Shown here one piece after another: positions 9,029-15,368 of a DNA stretch of 15,368 nucleotides. The notes under the pieces were generated by a model, which did no database searches, was not told the DNA's origin, and worked only from the letters and a program-made list of their open reading frames with translations. Source of the DNA: Promethearchaeota archaeon (GTDB taxonomy: Archaea; Asgardarchaeota; Lokiarchaeia; Sigyniarchaeales; SOKP01). The translations under genes and the position numbers were made by a program. The DNA is taken from assembly GCA_048938025.1 (NCBI GenBank), contig JBHLMP010000067.1:1-15368 (forward strand). Direction: 5' to 3'. Every line of letters starts with the position of its first letter. Positions within the stretch are counted from its first letter, which is position 1.

Positions 9029-10234
9029 TTAATCCATCTTTTCAATTAATTTATCTACAATTTCTTTGAAATCCAAATCTTCTGGTTTTGGGACAAATTT
9101 GATTTCAATTGTCTCATCCATAACGTCTATTTTAGTAGCTTTCATAAGTTCAACAATTTCTTTTACAGCACCTCCACCCCAACCATAGGATCCAAAAGCT
9201 AAGCCAATCTTATTCATTGGTTTTAAACCTTTTTGATATGTAAGATATTCTGCAACGGTAGGATATAATCCATTATTTAAGGTTGGACTTCCTATTAAAA
9301 TTGCCCTAGCCTTCATAGCTTCTGTTATTACATCAGAGTAATCTGCATTAGTTAATCTATATCTTTTTACTGAAATTCCTCTATGACTAATCTCTTTAAA
9401 TAATGCTTTGGCAATTTTACTTGTGCTTTCCCACATTGTATCGTAAACAATTAAAACACTCTTTTTATCAATTTCCCCTTTAGACCATTTAGTATATTTC
9501 TCAATTATTTCTGGAATATGACTTCGCCAACATACTCCATGTGAAGTGCAAATAATATCAATTGGTAAGGCTCCTACCTTTGGTAATGCCTTTGCGATAA
9601 GGCCTGATAAATGGAGTAAAATATTTGCATAATATTTTTCTGCTTCTTCCATAACCTCACATAAGTCATTTTCATCATCCCAATGTTTGGATGTAGCATA
9701 ATGTTGGCCAAAAGCGTCATTGGAAAAAAGTACATTTTTACCATTCTCATCAGACATAAAAGAAACCATTGAATCAGGCCAATGTATCATTGGAATTGGT
9801 ACGAACGTAAACTTTTTACCATTCCCTATATCTAAAGTATCACCTTCCTTGACAGCTCTTATTTTGTTAAATAGATCTTCTTCAATCTCTTCATGAAAAT
9901 GTGCCTTTAATGCCTCAACTCCTCTCTGAGATGCGATCAATTCTGCATTTGGTAAATATTTAATTATTAGTGGAAATGATCCAGAATGGTCCATTTCAAC
10001 ATGGTTTGTAATGTAATAATCAATTTCTGTTGGATTACATACAGCTTTTATACTTTTTAAGAAAGATTCAAAATATGGGCGCTTTACGGCATCAATTAAT
10101 ACAGTTTTTTCACCTTTAACAATATAAGCGTTATAAGAACTCCCCCGATGAGTAGAATATCCATGAAAGCTCCTTACTTCCCAATCTATATAACCAACAT
10201 AATAGATATCTTTCATTAATTCTAAATGTGTCAT
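9029..10234 (-). CDS. fprA: Flavodiiron protein (FprA, O2/NO reductase, two-domain class A)
   Basis: GSSYNAY, NHVEMDHSGS, HWPDS, NDAFGQH and SHG diiron ligands; flavodoxin domain YDTMWEST, GSPTLN and FGSYGWGG. Confidence 0.96.
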   Translation of the reverse strand: MTHLELMKDIYYVGYIDWEVRSFHGYSTHRGSSYNAYIVKGEKTVLIDAVKRPYFESFLKSIKAVCNPTEIDYYITNHVEMDHSGSFPLIIKYLPNAELIASQRGVEALKAHFHEEIEEDLFNKIRAVKEGDTLDIGNGKKFTFVPIPMIHWPDSMVSFMSDENGKNVLFSNDAFGQHYATSKHWDDENDLCEVMEEAEKYYANILLHLSGLIAKALPKVGALPIDIICTSHGVCWRSHIPEIIEKYTKWSKGEIDKKSVLIVYDTMWESTSKIAKALFKEISHRGISVKRYRLTNADYSDVITEAMKARAILIGSPTLNNGLYPTVAEYLTYQKGLKPMNKIGLAFGSYGWGGGAVKEIVELMKATKIDVMDETIEIKFVPKPEDLDFKEIVDKLIEKMD

Positions 10235-10380
10235 TTTTCTTTCACTTTTATTATTTTAGGATTTAGTTGATATTTATTATATTTTAAATCAAGTTAAAAA
10301 GTTACTTTCTATCAATTATAAAATTTTATAGAAACCAAGTAAATAAAAAAAAATATTATTATAAAAAAAATTATTAGGTT

Positions 10381-10518
10381 TTATTCGATTTTTTCAAACA
10401 TATCTTTTCCAACACCACATACAGGACATGTCCAATCATCTGGTAAATCTTCAAATTTGGTACCTTCAGCCTCTTCATCATATACGTATCCGCAGGCTTG
10501 ACATTCCCATTTTCCCAT
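10381..10518 (-). CDS. rub: Rubredoxin (45 aa; absent from the ORF track)
   Basis: Manual translation gives [45 protein letters not shown], with SD AAGGAG upstream. Confidence 0.96.
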   Translation of the reverse strand: MGKWECQACGYVYDEEAEGTKFEDLPDDWTCPVCGVGKDMFEKIE

Positions 10519-10611
10519 TAGAATCTCCTTAATTATTTTAATTTTAAAAATATTTATGGATTTAAATTTGAGTATTGTTAAAAATATTAATCTAATATTT
10601 TATAAAAATAT

Positions 10612-10752
10612 TTAAGATACTTTTTCGAACAACCTTTTAGACGTTTTACATCTAGGGCATTTAAACTTAGACTCTTCAATTTCTTCAAATGCTTTTTCAT
10701 GTTGTTCATCAATATAAAGGTACTTACACTTTTTACACCGATAGGTTGGAAT
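10612..10752 (-). CDS. Divergent rubredoxin-like CxxC...CxxC protein (46 aa), probable ATT start codon; absent from the ORF track
   Basis: Manual translation gives (M/I)PTYRCKKCKYLYIDEQHEKAFEEIEESKFKCPRCKTSKRLFEKVS*. SD GAGGTGA lies 6 nt before ATT. There is an in-frame TGA within the SD and no in-frame ATG/GTG/TTG before the first Cys. Confidence 0.8.
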   Translation of the reverse strand: MPTYRCKKCKYLYIDEQHEKAFEEIEESKFKCPRCKTSKRLFEKVS

Positions 10753-10924
10753 GTGTATTCACCTCTTTATTTGCGTTTGTTAACCTTTTTTAGACTTTAA
10801 ATTTAAGGTATTTAATATAATATACAAATTTTTAAAATGCAGTTAAATCTTTATTTTTAACTATTTTTATATTTTGAACTTTATATTATTTTAGAAATAT
10901 AAAGCCAATCTAAGATTCAAAATG

Positions 10925-12271
10925 TTAATCTTTTATTTTGAATTCATCTTTTGGAGCCCCACATTCAGGACATTTGAAATTATTAGGTAAATCTTTGAAA
11001 AGAACATCCATTTTAGCTTCATCATATAACATTCCACAATTTGAACATTCATATATGTTTACTTCTAAAAGTTTTCTAAGTTCATGTTTGTCTACATCTT
11101 CTTCCATTTTATTATATATATAAGAAATTGCTTTATTATCACCAAATAGAATAGCTCCTTTAAGCTTATTATCTTTTAAAACTATTTTTTGATAACAACA
11201 ATCTTTTTTATCAGCTTTTTTTAAAATATCCCATCCACCGCCCTCATCTTTGGTGGGATCGATGATTCCAATCGATGTTAAATCTATTCCAACGATTTTT
11301 AGAGTATTTTTTGGTGTAGTTCCTTCATATTCAACATTTTTTGCACCAATAATAGAAGCGGCGACTATTTTAGATTGTTCCATACATGCAGGAATAATTC
11401 CCCAAATTTGGTTTTTATACTCAATACAATCTCCAACCGCAAAAATATCTTTTTCACTTGTTTCTAAAAACTCATTAACAATAATTCCTCTATTCGTTTG
11501 AATTTTTGCTTCTTTAGCAATATCGATCGTAGCTACAATTCCTGCTTGAATTAAGATAATATCCGCAGCAAATACTCTTCCATCTTTTAATCTAATACCT
11601 GTTATCTTGTCATTTCCTAAAATCTCTTCGGTTGTAGCATTTAAAATGACTTTGATTCCACGATCTTCAATTTCTTGCTGTAACATATCGCCACATTCCT
11701 TATCTAATTGTTTTGGTAGTAATTGAGGGAAAAATTCTACAACTGTTGTTTCTAACACAATATCTTTTATTTGATTCGCTAATTCTAATCCAAGTAGACC
11801 CCCTCCAATAACAATTGCTTTTTTAGCCCGATTAATTTCAATATAATTTTTGATCTCTAAAGCATCATCAATGCTTCTTAATGTAAATACTCCTTTTTTT
11901 TGTTGATTCATAGCTACTGCATTTTTTATTGGGGGAATATTGGGAGTACTTCCCAATGCTAATAGTAACCTATCATATGAAATTGGGTTTACTTCCCCTT
12001 CAATAAATATTCTTTTATTAGCCGGATCAATTTTTTCAACTTTTTTCTTTAAATTTAACTTTAAATTTATATTTTCATACCAATCTTCCTTAAAAACAAT
12101 CAAATCCTCAATTTTTACCTTACCTGAGATCAATTCAGGTAATTTAATTCTTGTATAGTAAGGATAATTTTCTTGTGTGAATATCTCAATCTCTATTTCA
12201 TTATTAAGATATTTGATATTCTGCGCTGTAAATGTCCCGGCAACATTGTTTCCTATAATTACAACTTTCAT
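10925..12271 (-). CDS. NAD(P)H:rubredoxin oxidoreductase (NirB/NROR-like flavoprotein) with fused C-terminal rubredoxin domain
   Basis: IIGNNVAG, YTRIKL, LALGS, GVFTLRSIDDA, IGGGLLGLE, FAVGDC and LKIVGIDL; C-terminal YECSNCGMLYD...FKDLPNNFKCPECGAPKDEF. Confidence 0.9.
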   Translation of the reverse strand: MKVVIIGNNVAGTFTAQNIKYLNNEIEIEIFTQENYPYYTRIKLPELISGKVKIEDLIVFKEDWYENINLKLNLKKKVEKIDPANKRIFIEGEVNPISYDRLLLALGSTPNIPPIKNAVAMNQQKKGVFTLRSIDDALEIKNYIEINRAKKAIVIGGGLLGLELANQIKDIVLETTVVEFFPQLLPKQLDKECGDMLQQEIEDRGIKVILNATTEEILGNDKITGIRLKDGRVFAADIILIQAGIVATIDIAKEAKIQTNRGIIVNEFLETSEKDIFAVGDCIEYKNQIWGIIPACMEQSKIVAASIIGAKNVEYEGTTPKNTLKIVGIDLTSIGIIDPTKDEGGGWDILKKADKKDCCYQKIVLKDNKLKGAILFGDNKAISYIYNKMEEDVDKHELRKLLEVNIYECSNCGMLYDEAKMDVLFKDLPNNFKCPECGAPKDEFKIKD

Positions 12272-12295
12272 AAATGTTATAGTCTTACCATTTTA

Positions 12296-12308
12296 TTTTA
12301 AAGTTTTT
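12296..12308 (-). promoter_or_regulatory. Putative BRE/TATA promoter for the NROR gene (probably a leaderless transcript)
   Basis: Minus strand reads AAAAACTTTAAAA(T) about 25 nt upstream of ATG 12271; no SD is visible. Confidence 0.4.
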
Positions 12309-12396
12309 ATTATAAAATGTTAATCCTAGTGTAATTCGAGTTTGAATGAACATGTTCGAAATGAAAAATATATTCGAATCTCCATACTAAATAATT

Positions 12397-13208
12397 ATGA
12401 CAGAAGCAAAACCAAAAATGATCAATAGGAAAATTATTAAAATTGACGATGATCTTTGTACTGGTTGTGGAAATTGTGTAGTCGCCTGTGCAGTGGCATA
12501 AGACTTCCCGTATGTAGCATAAAAGGCGCACTACAAATCATCGATGGAAAAGCTAAAGTAGTAAATGAAATTTTCTGTGATGGATTAGGAGCATGTTTAG
12601 GAGAATGTCCTGTAGGAGCTCTTGAAATTATAGAAAGAGAGGCACTAGAATTTGATGAGGAAGCTGTTGAAAACCATTTAGAATCATTGAAATATAAGAA
12701 AAAAGTGATGAATGTTCATGAAGAACATACTGTAAAAGAAGAGACACTTCCCTGTGGTTGTCCCTCTTCAAAAACAATGGTATTTAGTGATCTTAAGGAA
12801 GAAACAGAGGTTGCTGGAAAAATCTCTTCAGCATTACGACAATGGCCTATTCAAATGCATTTAATCTCTCCAACAGCGCCATATTACCATGGGGCGGATG
12901 TTGTCCTTTCAGCAGATTGTGTTGCTTACTCGTATGGAGATTTTCATAGGGATTTTCTAAAGAATAAATCTATTGCTATTGCTTGTCCTAAACTGGATCA
13001 AGGTCGAGATATTTATATCGAAAAAATTAAAGTCTTGATAGATGACGCGAAAATTAACACTCTAACTGTTGCGATGATGGAGGTTCCTTGTTGTTCGGGA
13101 TTGTTAGCGTTAACCCAAGAAGCAGTTAAGAGAGCAAATCGAAAAGTTCCAATAAAATTTATTATCGTTGGCATACAAGGAGATATTTTAAAAGAAGAAT
13201 GGATCTAA
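12397..13208 (+). CDS. 4Fe-4S dicluster (ferredoxin-domain) Fe-S protein, split gene: join(12397..12493,12523..13208), 260 aa after splicing
   Basis: Exon 1 encodes MTEAKPKMINRKIIKIDDDLCTGCGNCVVACA and exon 2 encodes GALQIIDGKAKVVNEIFCDGLGACLGECPVGAL...CGCPS...LRQWPIQ...ADC...ACPKLD...MEVPCCSG. The exons total 97+686=783 nt = 261 codons, and the junction codon G|AA = Glu gives the expected CAEGAL. An alternative start is ATG 12418. Confidence 0.88.
12494..12522 (+). other. Putative 29-nt archaeal bulge-helix-bulge (BHB) mRNA intron
   Basis: Intron sequence UGGCAUAAGACUUCCCGUAUGUAGCAUAA. Exon-exon stem: 12477-12487 pairs with 12524-12535 (11 bp, C12529 bulged). Central 4-bp helix: GUGC 12488-91 with GCAU 12517-20. 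Three-nt bulges: AG^U (12492-94) and AA^A (12521-23). Intron stem: GCAUA/UAUGU closed by a G-A apposition. Confidence 0.85.
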
Positions 13209-13223
13209 TTTTTTTTTATTTTT

Positions 13224-13877
13224 TTAGAGTTCAAACATTACCTTTTTCTTAATTATCTTTCTCAGCATAACCGATAAGGCAGATTTAGATTTCCCTAGTT
13301 TATTAGCTAATTCTTCTAAGGATATATTTCTAGGGATCTCAAAAAAGCCTAAAGAAATTGCCTTATCAAGAACATTAGATTCATTATAAGTTAACTTATG
13401 TTTTTCATCCTCCAGGAGATAAGGAGATTTTCCAATCCTTAACAGTTCAAAATCAATATTTCTTTGCTCGAAAAGCGTCAATAATTGATCAATACTTTTT
13501 CTACTAGATATTAGACGCCAATAAGCATAACCATCTTTAACCCTCACTGGAAAATTTATAAGAACTCCACATTTAATTACGGCGTACAATAGATATGGGT
13601 CCTTGGTTTTAATGTTAAACTTAACTTTTTTATCTTCTTGCTCCAGAATGCTTAATTCAAATACAGATGGATGGTTTCTGATTTCCTGAATGATCGAATC
13701 TATTTTATAATGCATTATCTCAATTATTGAGTTTCCTATTGACTTTTCCAGATCATAAGGAAGAAAATATGAAATCTCCATTTTCATATCAGGAAAATTT
13801 TTAAAGAGATCTGAAATCCATAACTTATCTGGAAATTTTATCTTGATTCTAGCCAAGCTAGATTTACTTGAATCCAT
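13224..13877 (-). CDS. Archaeal transcriptional regulator with C-terminal HTH_10 (bacterio-opsin activator-type) domain
   Basis: C-terminal LTYNESNVLDKAISLGFFEIPRNISLEELANKLGKSKSALSVMLRK matches the family pattern LT..Q...L..A...GY(Y/F)..PR...L.ELA..LG.S..T....LR. Confidence 0.88.
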   Translation of the reverse strand: MDSSKSSLARIKIKFPDKLWISDLFKNFPDMKMEISYFLPYDLEKSIGNSIIEIMHYKIDSIIQEIRNHPSVFELSILEQEDKKVKFNIKTKDPYLLYAVIKCGVLINFPVRVKDGYAYWRLISSRKSIDQLLTLFEQRNIDFELLRIGKSPYLLEDEKHKLTYNESNVLDKAISLGFFEIPRNISLEELANKLGKSKSALSVMLRKIIKKKVMFEL

Positions 13878-13962
13878 CCTTAGATATTAGTGTATAAGAA
13901 TTTAAAACTTTTTTTTAGATATTAACAATATATAATTATATCATTAGCAAATTTGTATTAAA

Positions 13963-14562
13963 ATGGTTGAAAATCAGAATTTGTTATTAGGGATATGTGG
14001 AAGCCCAAGGAAACAAGGAACTGAGTATGCAGTCCAGTATGCTTTAAACCATGCTGCTGAAAAGTTTGGCTTTGAAACAGAATATTGGACTGTACGAAAT
14101 AAAGATATCAAGTTTTGTATTCATTGTGATTATTGTATTAGAGAGAAAAAAGGCTGTGTTCATGAAGATGATCTGCTAGAACTTTATCCAAAAATAGAGA
14201 TGGCTAAATTTTTACTCTTTGGAACACCTGTATTCCAAGGAAACTTATCTGGACAACTAAAAACGGTAATGGATCGATGTCGTGCATTAGTAGCAAAAAG
14301 TCCAAATGTATTAGAAGGTAAAGTTGGAGTGGCTTTAGCAGTTGGTGGAGATCGAAGTGGAGGGCAAGAAATTGCTATTAGAAGTATATTAGATTTTTAT
14401 CAACAAAACCATATTCACTCAGTCTCAGGTGGAGCTTTTGGAGCAAATTTAGGAGCAAGTCTGTGGAGTAGGGATATTGGTAAACAAGGTATCGAGCAAG
14501 ATGAAGAAGGTTTGAGGACAATTAGAAAAGTAATAAAAAAGTTATCAGAATTTAAAAAATAA
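13963..14562 (+). CDS. isf: Iron-sulfur flavoprotein (Isf; flavodoxin/WrbA-like FMN fold with compact 4Fe-4S motif)
   Basis: GICGSPRKQGT, CIHCDYCIREKKGC (CX2CX2CX6C), GTPVF, QLKTVMDRC and VGGDRSGGQE. Confidence 0.88.
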   Translation: MVENQNLLLGICGSPRKQGTEYAVQYALNHAAEKFGFETEYWTVRNKDIKFCIHCDYCIREKKGCVHEDDLLELYPKIEMAKFLLFGTPVFQGNLSGQLKTVMDRCRALVAKSPNVLEGKVGVALAVGGDRSGGQEIAIRSILDFYQQNHIHSVSGGAFGANLGASLWSRDIGKQGIEQDEEGLRTIRKVIKKLSEFKK

Positions 14563-14582
14563 ACAAAAAAGTTTAAAAAAAA

Positions 14583-14876
14583 TTATTTTACTCCAAATAA
14601 TTTCTTAGCCTCTTTTTCTCTGAGGCCAGAAATACCCCATAGCTCTTTAAACCAATATTTTCCTTTATGTATTACTACGGGGGTATTCACAATACATCCA
14701 TCAGCATCACAAAACGTTGTTAGAAAATTATCATCGTGTAATAAGTTATGTACAAATTCTTCATCATTTATATCTCGTTCAACGTATTTAACATCACGCT
14801 CATTCAGCCATTCTTTTAATTCCTTACAATGATGACAGTCTTCTTTTGTGATGATTATCGGTGTTTTTGCTTCCAT
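14583..14876 (-). CDS. Glutaredoxin/NrdH-like redoxin
   Basis: TKEDCHHCKELKEWL active site, YVERDI and cis-Pro motif NTPVV; extra CDADGC. Confidence 0.8.
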   Translation of the reverse strand: MEAKTPIIITKEDCHHCKELKEWLNERDVKYVERDINDEEFVHNLLHDDNFLTTFCDADGCIVNTPVVIHKGKYWFKELWGISGLREKEAKKLFGVK

Positions 14877-15126
14877 ATTTATAAAATAAGTAAAGATAGT
14901 AAAAAATCTTTATCTTCTAAATTATAAATATAGCAAACGTAAAAACAAGGTATCAATAGATTTAGAGAAGAAAGTCTTATAAATCATATAAAAATGTCAA
15001 AATTTAATATTTTAAAAAATAAAAGGATAAAATCAATTTCTCTTAACATTCTTTTTCATTTTCAGAATTTCTTAATAATTTATTATGATCAGATTCTTAT
15101 TTTTCAAGTTGCTTTTCTTGATTAAG

Positions 15127-15368
15127 ATGGATCAAAAAACTCAAAATGAAGCCTTAAATAAATACATAAAACAGTTATTTGAGGGTTCCAGTTGGAAAGA
15201 AAGGGCAATAGCCGCTCAAAGTATTGGTAATTTAAGAGAAGCTAGAGCAACAAATTTGCTTGCGAGAGCTTTGCAATCTGAAAATGATCCTGTTGTTATC
15301 AACCGAATTATTGAAGCAATGGGAGAGATTAGGGACGCGAAAGCAACTATGCTAATTATTAATTTCTT
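15127..15368 (+). CDS. HEAT-repeat (PBS-lyase-like) protein, 3'-truncated by the window edge; absent from the ORF track
   Basis: Manual translation gives MDQKTQNEALNKYIKQLFEGSSWKERAIAAQSIGNLREARATNLLARALQSENDPVVINRIIEAMGEIRDAKATMLIINF..., with two R..AA..(L/I)G.(L/I)....A...L repeats. Confidence 0.85.
   Translation, partial: MDQKTQNEALNKYIKQLFEGSSWKERAIAAQSIGNLREARATNLLARALQSENDPVVINRIIEAMGEIRDAKATMLIINF

Noticed and set aside
10581-10601. AAAATATTA-ATC-TAATATTTT palindrome between the rubredoxin genes
   Set aside because: The arms are A/T only in a very AT-rich spacer, so this is expected by chance.
10759-10761. In-frame TGA upstream of the rubredoxin-like gene as a selenocysteine codon
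   Set aside because: The TGA is part of the SD sequence and is not at a Cys-equivalent position, and the frame further upstream hits TAA without a start codon.
12456-12522. ORF-track N-terminus MYWLWKLCSRLCSGIRLPVCSIK of the 250-aa ORF
   Set aside because: It is an out-of-frame reading of exon 1 plus the intron from a chance TTG. The true ferredoxin motif CTGCGNCVVAC is in the frame starting at 12397.
12494-12522. Insert as a transposon footprint or target-site duplication
   Set aside because: The GCATAA repeat is internal to the insert and does not duplicate flanking exon sequence. There are no terminal inverted repeats and no transposase nearby.
1288-12531. Short antisense ORFs in the track (1288-1497, 1579-1854, 3026-3217, 4820-5014, 4840-5034, 6091-6354, 8643-8825, 10938-11123, 11250-11501, 11940-12158, 12310-12531)
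   Set aside because: They lie opposite well-supported genes and have no recognisable motifs, so they are shadow ORFs.
12397-13208. Interpretation as a pseudogene, single-base sequencing error, programmed frameshift or stop-codon recoding
   Set aside because: A frameshift would leave about 10 foreign residues inside the compact ferredoxin motif. The stop is TAA rather than TGA/TAG, and readthrough would not fix the frame. The BHB cut sites explain the lesion exactly. These alternatives are not formally excluded without RNA data.
1-15368. tRNA, rRNA, CRISPR arrays, IS elements and additional BHB introns
   Set aside because: None were seen by eye, and the other genes are uninterrupted. Short in-frame introns cannot be excluded without alignments.

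Overview
AT-rich archaeal-looking DNA. GAGGTGA/AGGAG Shine-Dalgarno sites, BRE/TATA-like promoters, an HTH_10-type regulator and a HEAT-repeat gene suggest an Asgard/Lokiarchaeia-like origin, which is an inference only. The window is an anaerobe oxidative-stress, sulfur and Fe-S island. It encodes an IscS-like protein with the PLP lysine replaced by Asp, IscU fused to a degenerate TrxB-like domain, a CoA-disulfide reductase-rhodanese-TusA-rhodanese fusion, rubrerythrin, desulfoferrodoxin, an ion-transporter permease, a GmhB-like phosphatase, acyl-CoA dehydrogenase, a flavodiiron protein and two small rubredoxin genes missed by the ORF track (one apparently starting at ATT). It also encodes NAD(P)H:rubredoxin oxidoreductase with a fused rubredoxin, a 4Fe-4S dicluster protein, an HTH regulator, iron-sulfur flavoprotein, a glutaredoxin-like protein and a truncated HEAT-repeat gene. 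The main finding is that the 4Fe-4S protein gene (12397-13208) is interrupted by a 29-nt, stop-containing, frameshifting insert (12494-12522) inside a bulge-helix-bulge RNA motif. Cutting at the standard tRNA-splicing-endonuclease positions restores ...CVVACA-E-GALQII... exactly, so this is a candidate archaeal BHB intron in a non-cbf5 mRNA.
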